From positions 1 through 64,000 of the IMG/VR virus record IMGVR_UViG_3300042923_000569: a DNA stretch of 64,000 bases; one strand, 5' to 3'. The position numbers and the translations under genes are program-made. Each line of letters begins with the position of its first letter. The stretch's first letter is position 1. Below the pieces are notes generated by a model. That model made no database searches and had not been told where the DNA came from. It saw nothing but the letters and a program-made list of their open reading frames with translations. Of the stretch, positions 54,405-64,000 are shown piece by piece.

Positions 54405-55580
54405 TTACATGAAGGTTACGTTGCGGATAGCAATTTTGCTGTAGTAGTCAGCAGCGTTACCTAGTGATGAAGTACTGTCAGTTAGCTGTACATAACCATA
54501 ACGAGTTAGGAAGCTAGTAACTAGTTCACCAGTGTTAGGGTCCATTACAGTACCAGAAGCCATCAATGGGATGTAAGGGCAGTAGAATGCACCAGCATCA
54601 GTTTCTTGATTACCTTTATAACCGATTAGTACATCAGTACTGTCATCAGCATAGGTATCAACATAAACACGCATTGTTGAGTTTAGAACACCAACGAATT
54701 TAACGTTAGTTGGAGCTTCGAAAGTACCTTCAGTAGTACGTGCAAAACTAGAAGTAGTTGCAGACTGTAGAATGGTTAGAGCAGTTGGAGAAACAACAGC
54801 CCAATTCGCTGCACCACGTTTGGTACGACGAGCAACTTCGTTAGCTTGACGGTTGATTAGAGTAGCTAGAGCAGCGTGTTCATCACCAACGAAGGTAGCA
54901 ACACCGGTAACTTTAGACTGATCGTAAACAACAGCAGCAGCACCTGGAAGTGCACGTAGACGAGCTAGCAATTCTTGGTCGATTTCAGTAGTGATTTCTT
55001 GTGCGATAGCAGCCATTAGTTCAGCTTCAACGTCAATACCGTGTTGTGCTTGTGCATCTTGTGCAGATTCAACAGTCCAACGAGCAGATAGACGACGAGA
55101 TTGAGCTTCTACGGTTTCACGTAGAATACGGATGTTAACACGACGACCCATAACACCTTCTAGTTGAGAAGTAGGTGCAGCACGTGGTGCAGTGTTATCA
55201 GAGTTTACTTCACCAGTGTAAGACTTAGCGATTTTGTAAGGTGATAGAGCTTCTTCACCAGCAACAACGCCTGGAGCGTTATCAGCATATTGAACACGTA
55301 GTGTATGAATCTGACCAACTGGACCAGTCATAGGTTGAACACCAATAATTTCGTTAGCAATAACGGTTGGCATAACACGACGGATAATTGGTAGAATTAC
55401 TTTGTTTAGTGTAGCGATGTTACCAGCAGAAGTTGCACCAGCAGTTGCAGATTCGCGTAGCATTACTTTACGTTGGTTATCTAGAACTGATTCCATTACA
55501 GTTTTACGATTACCACTTAGACCTTCAACAAGCTTATCCTTTACAGCAGCCCATTTAGATTCAGTTAATAGTTGTGACAT
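54405..55580 (-). CDS. gp23: Major capsid protein (start moved to MSQLLTES)
   Basis: IRRVMP..IA..IIGVQPMTGP, A.SRRL.A.W..E..QD, EI..EID, FYCPYIP, TRYG; extreme codon bias. Confidence 0.96.
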   Translation of the reverse strand: MSQLLTESKWAAVKDKLVEGLSGNRKTVMESVLDNQRKVMLRESATAGATSAGNIATLNKVILPIIRRVMPTVIANEIIGVQPMTGPVGQIHTLRVQYADNAPGVVAGEEALSPYKIAKSYTGEVNSDNTAPRAAPTSQLEGVMGRRVNIRILRETVEAQSRRLSARWTVESAQDAQAQHGIDVEAELMAAIAQEITTEIDQELLARLRALPGAAAVVYDQSKVTGVATFVGDEHAALATLINRQANEVARRTKRGAANWAVVSPTALTILQSATTSSFARTTEGTFEAPTNVKFVGVLNSTMRVYVDTYADDSTDVLIGYKGNQETDAGAFYCPYIPLMASGTVMDPNTGELVTSFLTRYGYVQLTDSTSSLGNAADYYSKIAIRNVTFM

Positions 55581-55609
55581 TATAAATCTCCTCAAAAGAT
55601 ATTTTTTAC

Positions 55610-55641
55610 TTTTCTGTATACTTTATTTATCAGACAGAAAA
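55610..55641 (-). promoter_or_regulatory. MCP late promoter TAAATA (55624-55629)-N3-TATAC inside an 8-bp inverted repeat
   Basis: TTTTCTGT/ACAGAAAA flanks. Confidence 0.6.
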
Positions 55642-55656
55642 ATTAGCATTTAATAA

Positions 55657-56778
55657 TTAACGATTTTTATCCATTCCTGATAATTTAGTAATTTCGTTTA
55701 GGAAATCTAAGTCATCAGAAGATAGCTCATCATTTTTAATGATACTTTCACGGTTTCCAGTTACTACTTTACCTTCCGTTAGAGCATTTTTAGCCTTATT
55801 ATTAACTGCTGGACGGCTAGGATTAGCAGCAGATTCATTTACAGTACCCTTAAGAACAGATTTGTGGTACTTGCTGAAATTTTCTTTTAGCTTCTCGGTT
55901 GGAGATGTTGCTAGTAGAGATTCCATAATTTGTTTTTGTTGAATAGTAAGTGGCTTAGTTAGTTCAGAGATGATTGCAGAACGTGCTGCGTTATCTTCCA
56001 TAATACGAACTTTACGTTTAGCATTTTCAGCTTCTTTACGAGCTTCGCTTAAAGCTACTTTCGCAGAGATTGCTTCTTCTTCAGCTTCTTTAACAGATTC
56101 ATTAAGCTCACGTAGAATAGAACTTTCGTTATATTGTTTGCTGTAGAATTCATTTGAGAATGCTTCGAAAATCTTACGACCGAACATGTTTTGTTTTGCT
56201 TCTAGTAGATCAACTTTAAGAGCATTTAAGTTCTTTTCGGTAGTCTCAGCAATATAAGTCGCTGCGGTTTCAGCAGTACGCTTAATAAAGTTTGCACGTG
56301 CTTCCGCAATTTGCTTACTTCCTTCTGCAATCAACTTAACGCGAGTTTCAACTAGTTCACGTTTTTCTTGATGGAAATCTTTAAGTTCTTCTGCTAGGAC
56401 ACGATTACTGAATCCCATGAATTTACTTAGACTTTCATTAATATGTTTGCGTTCTTGACGCATAGTTTTTACTTCTTCAGCTAGTACTGTGTTAGCGAAG
56501 TCTGAGAAATTACCCAAAGTCTTACGAAGTTTAACGCGGTCTTCTACAAGTTTACGCTTTTCAGCATATACATCTGACATTTGTTCGCTGATTACTTCAG
56601 CCATCATTTTGTCTAGACCTTCTGTTAGTTTCGATAAGTCTTCTTGGTAACGTTCTTTCATTTCTTCACGCATTTCAGCAGCTACGATAGCTTTTTCTTC
56701 ATTCCATGCTTCCTGAATTAGCTTTTTAGCTTCGTCAGAAAGAGATGATTCTTTTAGAAACTGATCCAATTTTGACAT
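55657..56778 (-). CDS. Prohead core scaffold protein (gp22-like)
   Basis: Coiled coil, many L/I-x-E sites, located between protease and MCP. Confidence 0.85.
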   Translation of the reverse strand: MSKLDQFLKESSLSDEAKKLIQEAWNEEKAIVAAEMREEMKERYQEDLSKLTEGLDKMMAEVISEQMSDVYAEKRKLVEDRVKLRKTLGNFSDFANTVLAEEVKTMRQERKHINESLSKFMGFSNRVLAEELKDFHQEKRELVETRVKLIAEGSKQIAEARANFIKRTAETAATYIAETTEKNLNALKVDLLEAKQNMFGRKIFEAFSNEFYSKQYNESSILRELNESVKEAEEEAISAKVALSEARKEAENAKRKVRIMEDNAARSAIISELTKPLTIQQKQIMESLLATSPTEKLKENFSKYHKSVLKGTVNESAANPSRPAVNNKAKNALTEGKVVTGNRESIIKNDELSSDDLDFLNEITKLSGMDKNR

Positions 56779-56827
56779 TCGTTCTCTCCTTTAAAGTACA
56801 GATATATCTGCACTCTTGATGTACAGA

Positions 56828-56835
56828 TATTTATA
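56828..56835 (-). promoter_or_regulatory. Late promoter TATAAATA for scaffold
   Basis: Exact T4 late consensus; GTACAGATAT direct repeat and CAGATATATCTG palindrome downstream. Confidence 0.65.
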
Positions 56836-56846
56836 AATTTATTTTA

Positions 56847-57479
56847 TTAACCTTTCAAATTCTTAAAAAATTGATGAATTTCATCATCAATAGTCTGAGA
56901 GGTTCCTTTGGTAGATTCAAACACTCGTTTTGAACCAGTTACAGGTGATCCGTACTTACTATTTAGAGATTCAAATACCGCTTTTGGATATGCATCTGGA
57001 GCACTAGGTTGTGCTACAATATCAATAGTTACGATTTCAAAATCTGATACAATACCGTTATGGTCAACATTACCTGAACCACGTGAACTCACACCCAATT
57101 TAACGCCACTTTCAATCATTGTACGAATATCTTTACCATGAGTGGTATCTAGTAACATAATGGTAGCCATACCATTTGCACCTTCCATCCAAACTTCAGT
57201 AATCATACCCACTACACGATCTAAATTAACAGTTAGTGTTTCAGGGTGGTCACATTCACATAAAATACTTTCGCCACGACGAATCCTTTCAGCCATATTA
57301 TTTACTGCTCTCGCAATTTCAGCGAAAGGATATACGCGTTCGTTCAAGTTTCTACGGTCAGCTTGAATTGCAATACCACGAAGGTAGCAATTCTTACGTC
57401 CAGTAACCTGATCCTCTTTGTACTCTAGTACTATTCTAGAATCATTGAATGAAGACCATTCTCTAATCATATTGCTCAT
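56847..57479 (-). CDS. gp21: Prohead protease
   Basis: N.NERVYP, ECDHP, GVSSRGSG, DIVAQPSAP.AY. Confidence 0.93.
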   Translation of the reverse strand: MSNMIREWSSFNDSRIVLEYKEDQVTGRKNCYLRGIAIQADRRNLNERVYPFAEIARAVNNMAERIRRGESILCECDHPETLTVNLDRVVGMITEVWMEGANGMATIMLLDTTHGKDIRTMIESGVKLGVSSRGSGNVDHNGIVSDFEIVTIDIVAQPSAPDAYPKAVFESLNSKYGSPVTGSKRVFESTKGTSQTIDDEIHQFFKNLKG

Positions 57480-57501
57480 AAAAATGATCTCCCTTCTTTA
57501 A

Positions 57502-58326
57502 TTATTTTTGTTTTGGTAGTGGTGATTTAGAAGTTGCAGCAGTATTTTTAGGAACACTTACTGGTTTCAATACATTCTTACCGCTGTCCATAACGTTGTT
57601 GTTATCTTCAACTTTCGCAGATAGTGCATCTGAGTTTTCGAATTTGTCATCAGTCGCATCAACAGTGCCGTCTTTGATAGTTACTGGCTTAACACCGTCT
57701 ACTGGAGACTTAGCATTAGAAGCAACTACTGACTTCTTGTTAACACCTGCTTTTTCACTTTTTTCTGGAGCAGTTACACTTTTCATTTTGTAAGCTTCAC
57801 CAACTTTTTCAGCACCGAAATCTACATCAGAGAATTCGTCTTCAGTTTCTTCTTCAGAATCACCGAAATCATCAGATTGATCATCGAAATCAGCATCTCC
57901 ACCTTCGATTTCATCAAACATACGTTCTAATGAATCAAATGCAGACTTAATAGATTCCCATTGGTCAGCGTCTGGTTGTGCACCAGCTTCTTCACCACCG
58001 AAATCTTCTTCACCACCGAAATCACCGTGTGCTTCTTCAGCTTCTGGTTCTTCTTCTTCAGCTAGGCCAGCGAATCCGAACATACCTTCATCAAGTTCTT
58101 CTTCTTCGTCTAGTTTGTAGCCAACATCGTCAGTCATATCTTCTGAAGGATCGGTGTCTACGTCTTCGCAAACTTCTTCTTCTTCAGCTTCCATTTCTTC
58201 TTCTAATTTTTTATTAATTTCTTGTGCTTGTTCAACAAAGTACTTACGCATTTTTTTATCAGCTACTTCGTTATCGCCATTAGCAAAAGCTTGGATAGCT
58301 TCTTGCAATAGTTTAATATTTGCCAT
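57502..58326 (-). CDS. Acidic prohead core protein (gp67/68-like; start moved to MANIK)
   Basis: Very E/D-rich with LQEA/LDEG sites, between portal and protease. Confidence 0.7.
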   Translation of the reverse strand: MANIKLLQEAIQAFANGDNEVADKKMRKYFVEQAQEINKKLEEEMEAEEEEVCEDVDTDPSEDMTDDVGYKLDEEEELDEGMFGFAGLAEEEEPEAEEAHGDFGGEEDFGGEEAGAQPDADQWESIKSAFDSLERMFDEIEGGDADFDDQSDDFGDSEEETEDEFSDVDFGAEKVGEAYKMKSVTAPEKSEKAGVNKKSVVASNAKSPVDGVKPVTIKDGTVDATDDKFENSDALSAKVEDNNNVMDSGKNVLKPVSVPKNTAATSKSPLPKQK

Positions 58327-58370
58327 TATATCCTCCAAAAGATATACAAAAATTTATTTTGGTATGTCAT

Positions 58371-58376
58371 TATTTA
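58371..58376 (-). promoter_or_regulatory. Late-type TAAATA-N4-CATAC
   Basis: Upstream of core protein. Confidence 0.5.
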
Positions 58377-58437
58377 TTGATTCAAAAAATACCATTTTCA
58401 AAAAAGCTTAAAAATGGTACTTTTCAACTAAAATAAC

Positions 58438-58665
58438 TTACATCATGCCGCCAGACTGTTCAGCAGGTGCAGCCGCATATACGACTGCTACTACTGCATC
58501 ACGCTTGGAGGCTTCGTTTTTCTTAAATTCCCTGTACTTTCTCAAGTTGTTGAGAATTTGCAATGTCAATTTAGGTTTGCGAGTATCGGTGATTTGATAT
58601 ACCGTCTGATCATCTTCAGGGTCATACATCGAATCATCTTTAGCTTCAAAAATTTCGTCCAACAT
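58438..58665 (-). CDS. Small conserved head-assembly protein
   Basis: D..Y....D......RK.KLTL..LN.LR motif; IFEA; TAAATA at 58711. Confidence 0.65.
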   Translation of the reverse strand: MLDEIFEAKDDSMYDPEDDQTVYQITDTRKPKLTLQILNNLRKYREFKKNEASKRDAVVAVVYAAAPAEQSGGMM

Positions 58666-58722
58666 AACCTACATCCTTATAATTAATCGTTCATGAGAAC
58701 GAATCATAACTATTTATGGTCG

Positions 58723-60462
58723 TTAAAATGAATTACCTAAACTATTAGGGTCAAATCCACCACCACCAGATTGTTCCTGATATTCGGCGTCAGCACTTGC
58801 TAAATTACCATCATCATCTAATCCTAAATCGGATTCTGGTGAATTAGGTGATTCAATACCTACTGATTGTAGACCCGCATCGGCTCCTGGAGCACCTTCA
58901 CCAGCAGCATTAGTAATAGCTCCCGGATTTTCTTGCATCCATAGTCTTTCATTCTCTACAATATCGTCTTGTTCGAAGCCCATTTGCTTCATAATGAATT
59001 GTTTAGAGAAGTATGGAAGATCATTCAATGGCATATATGTTTGGATTAATTTAGCATCCATTTCTGCTCTGCGGTTTGCTGCAAAGTTCATTGGTGGATT
59101 GAAATTAACTTCAAATGATGATGCACTGATGTTATATCCATTTTTAATCATATAACGTTTAAATTCTTCATCAAAAATACGACTAATAATACGTTGATAA
59201 CGCATACATTCATTATTAAAACGCAATTCACTAGCCATCGCTTGTGTTGCACCATCACCAAACATAGCTACACCGCCATCATCTGGTCCCATTGGTAGAT
59301 ATGAAGCAGGAATCTGTAAACCACGAATTAATTTGTTATTGAAATAACGTAAATCGTCAATTTGTCCTAAATTATCACCACCTGGTAAAGTTTCCACTGA
59401 AGAACCACGTCCTTCCGCTGTTTGAGGGAAGAAATAGTCTTCTAGAATACTTAATGGGTTATATGCTGCATCCATTAATGAAGTACTGCCACCTTTATTG
59501 GAAGGAATTCTTCGCTGGTGGATATCATTCTTAACACGCTCAACATATGCCATCGCTTGGTGCGGTTGCATATCACCAACATCGATTTTAAATACACGAC
59601 GTTCTGGAGCACGCTGAACACGGTAGATAATAATACTATCTTCCAATAGTTCTTTTTGTTTGTAGACTTTAAAGATATTTTCTAAGATACTTGTACCAAA
59701 AGGCCAGAAAGGATCTTGTCCAGTATTTAGGGATAGGTGAATTACGTGTTCAGCCGCTACTGGTAACACATCTAATTGACCGTTAGTGCCGAATGGATTA
59801 GAACTATCTGTTCCACCGCCTCCGGCAGCTCCACCTACTGAACCATATTGGTTTCCAGCACCAGATAATGAATTAGGTAATGTACCGTAAGCCTGTTTAT
59901 CAAATCCTAATTGAGTATTACTCATTACTTTGTCACGGATATTAAGAGAAATATCACGCATGTAATAAATTATTGGATTTTTACCAGTAGATTCATTTAC
60001 TACTACCTTATCGACATTCATTGGGTTGACCCAATACCATTCAAAGGTTTCTGGATCACGAACAAAGAATTGATCGCCGTATTTTAGAATTCCACGAATA
60101 ATGTCATAAATTCTAACCTTAAATTCATTAAGGTCACTCCATGACTCCAATCTATCTTCTAATGTAGTTACTTCGGTATCACCCATTGTATCTTTATATT
60201 GAATATTAAATGGCAATCCAAAATCTTTAGTACTTTGTGTACAGAAATCCGCAATAATGTTTAAAGCGGTGCGAATTTCAGGGTCTTGGTCCATTTGATC
60301 GTACTGACGATAACGGTCAACACGGTTTGATAATCCGGTATATACAGCAGGTAGATAAGAAGCGAAATTTGTTTTCGCTCCTGATGACTGTACGGGATTG
60401 TTGTTTTGTGGGGTGCTCGATATTTTCGAACGCCCCATTGTCATATGACGTTTCCAACTCAT
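58723..60462 (-). CDS. gp20: Portal protein
   Basis: Y..MD.D.EI..AL, LED..IIYR..RAPERRVF.IDVG, EDYF.P..EGRG..V.TLPGG.NLG. Confidence 0.96.
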   Translation of the reverse strand: MSWKRHMTMGRSKISSTPQNNNPVQSSGAKTNFASYLPAVYTGLSNRVDRYRQYDQMDQDPEIRTALNIIADFCTQSTKDFGLPFNIQYKDTMGDTEVTTLEDRLESWSDLNEFKVRIYDIIRGILKYGDQFFVRDPETFEWYWVNPMNVDKVVVNESTGKNPIIYYMRDISLNIRDKVMSNTQLGFDKQAYGTLPNSLSGAGNQYGSVGGAAGGGGTDSSNPFGTNGQLDVLPVAAEHVIHLSLNTGQDPFWPFGTSILENIFKVYKQKELLEDSIIIYRVQRAPERRVFKIDVGDMQPHQAMAYVERVKNDIHQRRIPSNKGGSTSLMDAAYNPLSILEDYFFPQTAEGRGSSVETLPGGDNLGQIDDLRYFNNKLIRGLQIPASYLPMGPDDGGVAMFGDGATQAMASELRFNNECMRYQRIISRIFDEEFKRYMIKNGYNISASSFEVNFNPPMNFAANRRAEMDAKLIQTYMPLNDLPYFSKQFIMKQMGFEQDDIVENERLWMQENPGAITNAAGEGAPGADAGLQSVGIESPNSPESDLGLDDDGNLASADAEYQEQSGGGGFDPNSLGNSF

Positions 60463-60477
60463 TTTTATATAACTCCA

Positions 60478-62679
60478 TTATACATTTCGAGGTGGCTCGG
60501 TATTTTCTGCAATCTGTCGCAATAACACTGCGATTTGACCGTTGTTCTGACCTTGCTGCTCTAGGTTATTTAGTATTTCGCCAAGTAGCTTACTTGCCTG
60601 TTCATTACTTGCATTTTTAGCAGTTTGAACGTTTTCAGTATCACTTTGATCGGCTTGTTCAACTTTTGCAGGAGGTGTATATTCAGGTGGTGCAGTTACT
60701 TTCTGAACTCCAGCCGTTTTAGGCTGAGAAGCAGTTGGTGATATTGGTTTAGCATCATTGGAAGCAGTTTTACCATCTGTTTTAACATCTTCATCATCTG
60801 AATCATTCCACCAGCTTTTAATTCGTCCTAACATACTAGAGAATTTACTTTTTAGTGAATTTATTGCATCTTGGAATTTAGTTTTAACATCATCGAAGTT
60901 TATACTTAATTTACTAATCTTATTGAATACCGCAGTAACGTCAGAAAAAATATGTTTAATTGATCCTGCTAGTTCTTTACCGGCAGCATCAACATCAGCA
61001 TCTGAACCAGTAAACATTTCCCAAATTAATTTTCCTACACGAATAGGTATTTGTATAAGGTCACCAGCTAAATTACCAAAAGCTTCAGATACTTTATTCC
61101 AAGAATCTCCAAAAATCATACCCATTAACTTAGAAGGAATACTTGCAAGCATTCCAAATGGTCCAGACATTCCTGTTTGGAATTTAGCAATCGCATCAGT
61201 TGCCAGTTTAGACATGAAATCCCAACCATCAGTACTGTTATCTGCCAAGTTCATTAGATAAGACGTTGCTTTTTCTGCGAACTTTGTATAAAACTCATTA
61301 AATGGTTGTGTAAATGTATTACCTAACCATAAATTAAATCTGTTAGTAAATTCCTCAATAACCGGACTAGGATTATTTTTTGGGTCATTCAACAAGTTCA
61401 TTGTTTGAAGCATTTGACGGTGGAAATTTTCAGCCGCTGTGTTACCAACCGCTCGGTCGATATCAGCTTGCTTAGAAATCATATCCTGATGTTCTTTAAT
61501 GAAGTTTGCAGTCATTTTATTAATAGTACGTTGGTCTGTAATTCCAGATTTTTGTACACCCTGCATGAACTGTGCGAATTGCTGAGAAACTTCATCGTTA
61601 AATTCTTCAGGTAATGATCCTAATGACCATTTAGAAGCATTTAATTGTTGTGAAGTTTTACCAAATTCACCCATAGATGCAAACATACTATTCCAAGTTT
61701 TCATTACCTCGACAGATTTCTTTTCAGTGAATCCCGCTTGATTTTGTAATGCAGAAATAGTTGCTCCAGTATCAATATTAGTACTTAAATCATTAAAACG
61801 AGAAAGTAATTCATCAACACTTTTACCAACAGCTTTACTTAGATATGTCATTGAGCCGACAAATTTAGTCGTACTCTGTGATTCATTCATATTACGCATT
61901 GTCTGCTGACTAGCGTACATTTTTTCGAACTTGAAGTTTTTTGCGGTAATATCAGCTAGTTGCTGTTGGGATACACCATATAATCCCATTTGTTCCTGTG
62001 TAAGTTGAACGGTATTTAGTAATTTACCAAAATGTTCTACACCGTCGCCGTACATACCTTCCATTGCAGCAAGAGAATCGCTGTTTTTGGTTACTGCTTG
62101 ACTAAATTCATTGATGCTCATAAATGCAGCACCCGAACCTTTACGTACTGTCAACATCCCGTTGGCTAACGTAACACCAGCACTGTTTAACTGATTATAC
62201 ATTTGTAACTGCTGGTTTAAATATTCATAAACCATTGCACCTACTTGTACAATTTGCATAAATCCACTAGCAACTAATCCAATTGGCCCAGGTAATGCAC
62301 CCAATGAACGTTGTAGTATTTTTGCAGATGTTCCAACTGAACCAACAACGTTCTGGATATTTCCATTATTACCTAACGCTGTTCTTCCGAGATTTGATGC
62401 TTCTCCGAATAAATCTTTAAATGCATTCTTGAAGCTACTGCCGCCGCCACCAGAATTACGATTATTATTTCCATTATTTCTTCGATTACCGCGATTACCG
62501 CCGTTATTACCAGAACCATTTCCATTGTTATTACCACCGCCTCCACCAGAACCATTTTTCTTTCCAGTGTTCTTTTTGACGTCGAGTAGTATTTCACGCA
62601 TCGCACTTAAATTATCATTCATGGAAACACTTTGGTCTAACAATTGCTGTTGGATATAGTCGTTGCTTAATCCTGCCAT
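60478..62679 (-). CDS. Tape measure / hub protein (gp29-like; start moved to MAGLSN)
   Basis: 733 aa, helical, G/A-rich with W/F periodicity; adjacent to gp26-like chaperone. Confidence 0.7.
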   Translation of the reverse strand: MAGLSNDYIQQQLLDQSVSMNDNLSAMREILLDVKKNTGKKNGSGGGGGNNNGNGSGNNGGNRGNRRNNGNNNRNSGGGGSSFKNAFKDLFGEASNLGRTALGNNGNIQNVVGSVGTSAKILQRSLGALPGPIGLVASGFMQIVQVGAMVYEYLNQQLQMYNQLNSAGVTLANGMLTVRKGSGAAFMSINEFSQAVTKNSDSLAAMEGMYGDGVEHFGKLLNTVQLTQEQMGLYGVSQQQLADITAKNFKFEKMYASQQTMRNMNESQSTTKFVGSMTYLSKAVGKSVDELLSRFNDLSTNIDTGATISALQNQAGFTEKKSVEVMKTWNSMFASMGEFGKTSQQLNASKWSLGSLPEEFNDEVSQQFAQFMQGVQKSGITDQRTINKMTANFIKEHQDMISKQADIDRAVGNTAAENFHRQMLQTMNLLNDPKNNPSPVIEEFTNRFNLWLGNTFTQPFNEFYTKFAEKATSYLMNLADNSTDGWDFMSKLATDAIAKFQTGMSGPFGMLASIPSKLMGMIFGDSWNKVSEAFGNLAGDLIQIPIRVGKLIWEMFTGSDADVDAAGKELAGSIKHIFSDVTAVFNKISKLSINFDDVKTKFQDAINSLKSKFSSMLGRIKSWWNDSDDEDVKTDGKTASNDAKPISPTASQPKTAGVQKVTAPPEYTPPAKVEQADQSDTENVQTAKNASNEQASKLLGEILNNLEQQGQNNGQIAVLLRQIAENTEPPRNV

Positions 62680-62692
62680 GTGTTCTTCCTCA

Positions 62693-62734
62693 TAAATAAT
62701 CGTATACAAAATATATAGTATAGTCATATTTATA
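62693..62734. promoter_or_regulatory. Face-to-face late promoters TAAATA (+, 62693-62698) and TATAAATA (-, 62727-62734), both followed by N4-TATAC
   Basis: Spacer between the divergent tape measure and chaperone genes. Confidence 0.65.
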
Positions 62735-62745
62735 ATGGAGTCGAT

Positions 62746-63603
62746 ATGAATAAGATGAACCCTTTATCAAAGTACACTAAAGTAGAAGTACTTTATACAA
62801 AGTTGATAAGTAACAATGTTGTGAAATACAACGAAGGTGTTTTAGTAAATGACACTGTGGAATGTGGCGTTTGTGCACGTTCTGCACGAGATGAATTAAT
62901 GTTCAATAACCCTGACGCACTAATGAATGGTGAAGCAGTATCTAGTGTTATTGAGAACTGCGTACCAAATATTGCAGACGCAAGAAAACTTTTTGTTCCA
63001 GATGTTGAACTACTATTGATTGCAATTAAATTAGCAACAAAAGAAACCGAATATCATATTGAAGTAGATTGTCCTGAATGTGGTCATCATGGTGCATTTG
63101 AACGTAACCTACAAGTACTATTAGATAGTGCTGAACTATTAGAAAAGCAACCAGAATTACTATTAGAAGATGTAGGTGGTCTACTTCTTAAATTCAGACC
63201 TCAAACATGGCAGGAATATAATACCTTTGGACAGAATATGTTCCAGCAACAAAAGAAAGCACAGATCCTAGAAAAACGTGATGATTTAACTGATGAACAG
63301 AAAATGGAAGTCTTTAGTCAAATCTTTGAAGAAATGACAAGATTGAGTTTTGATATGATTGTTTGTAATATTGATAGTGTTGAAACTGTAGACGGGAATG
63401 TGATTACTGAGAAGGAATTTATTGCAGAATGGTTGGGTGTACAGCCTTCATTTATTCTCAAACAAATTCGAGAAAAAGCAGATGAAGTCAATAATTGCGG
63501 AGTTTCGCATGAGATGGATGTAGGATGTTCTAAGTGTGATCATGAATGGACAATCGAAAATCTTCAATTTGACCCAAGCAATTTTTTCGTACAAAGCTTC
63601 TAA
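62746..63603 (+). CDS. T4 gp26/gp51-like baseplate hub / tail assembly chaperone
   Basis: NPL..Y, CVP.I, D...LL.AI..AT, CPEC, C.KC.H, terminal DPSNFF. Confidence 0.8.
   Translation: MNKMNPLSKYTKVEVLYTKLISNNVVKYNEGVLVNDTVECGVCARSARDELMFNNPDALMNGEAVSSVIENCVPNIADARKLFVPDVELLLIAIKLATKETEYHIEVDCPECGHHGAFERNLQVLLDSAELLEKQPELLLEDVGGLLLKFRPQTWQEYNTFGQNMFQQQKKAQILEKRDDLTDEQKMEVFSQIFEEMTRLSFDMIVCNIDSVETVDGNVITEKEFIAEWLGVQPSFILKQIREKADEVNNCGVSHEMDVGCSKCDHEWTIENLQFDPSNFFVQSF
63582..63588 (+). other. Candidate -1 programmed frameshift site T TTT TTC
   Basis: X XXY YYZ heptamer in frame, 4 codons before the stop. Confidence 0.75.
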
Positions 63604-63800
63604 TTTCTGAACCGGAAGAAATACGGAAAGAAATAGCAGACCTAAGATTGAACTCGGAAGATATTAAAAGTGGATTGATGGAGGTGTCAGTGTACATAGA
63701 GAACACTACATATGAAACGCTACTGAATATGCCTGTAACCGACAGAGATCTTCTTGTGAAGCAATATAATAAAAAGGTCAAAAAAGAAAATAAGAAATAA
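63585..63800 (+). CDS. Unannotated -1-frame extension (71 aa, GT/gpE'-like)
   Basis: FRTKLLISEPEEIRKEIADL...YETLLNMPVTDRDLLVKQYNKK...; bounded by TGA at 63570; no good own start/SD; terminator follows. Confidence 0.75.
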   Translation, partial: FRTKLLISEPEEIRKEIADLRLNSEDIKSGLMEVSVYIENTTYETLLNMPVTDRDLLVKQYNKKVKKENKK

Positions 63801-63805
63801 TTAAG

Positions 63806-63830
63806 AACCAGCCATTGTGCTGGTTTTTTT
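63806..63830 (+). terminator. Terminator after the frameshifted chaperone
   Basis: AACCAGC/GCTGGTT plus T run. Confidence 0.8.
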
Positions 63831-64000
63831 GTATCTAAATTATCTTAACTCTTTAGATTTGCCATTCTTCGAATGTCAAAGAATTTTCGTTGTTCTGTAC
63901 ATCACTAACGTTCTGTACTGAATCAACTCAATTCAGATTTATATCTAATGCATCACTGTTAACGTTACACACTTTATACTGACGAGATTTGTTTCATTTA

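Noticed and set aside
63840-64000. Protein-like minus frame with two in-frame TGA, suggesting stop-codon reassignment; GTACAGAAC direct repeat
   Set aside because: TGA clearly ends other genes with ATGA coupling (e.g. 10630, 14588, 23215), and the region is cut by the window edge; left unresolved, possibly non-coding.

Overview
AT-rich (about 35% GC, by eye) core segment of a T4-related jumbo myophage. Gene families and order suggest the RaK2/GAP32/121Q-like enterobacterial group; this is inference, no search was run. Almost all genes are on the minus strand. Replication, recombination and nucleotide genes: split topoisomerase II, Dda, RNase HI, DHFR, NrdAB, exonucleases, gp41/gp61, gp62, UvsW/Y/X, gp32, T4-type RNase H, gp45, gp43, DsbA. 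Head and tail genes: terminase, portal, prohead protease, scaffold, major capsid, tape measure, hub chaperone, tail fibre and chaperone. Host-like genes: IF3, ClpS, YggL, GroES. No tRNA, CRISPR array, intein or integrase was seen. Best leads: (1) a T-TTT-TTC -1 frameshift fusing the gp26-like chaperone to an unannotated startless ORF beside the tape measure gene; (2) a catalytically dead terminase-ATPase paralog just upstream of terL; (3) a 216-aa miniature DnaE retaining its three catalytic Asp; (4) CsrA/RsmA-like GGA-loop hairpins on translation starts of about 9 replication genes; (5) an unannotated 54-aa protein copying the mature capsid N-terminus; (6) a TGAAAC-N14-TGnTATAAT promoter class (11 copies); (7) tandem T4-T-like holin paralogs; (8) tandem HExxH head-cargo paralogs.
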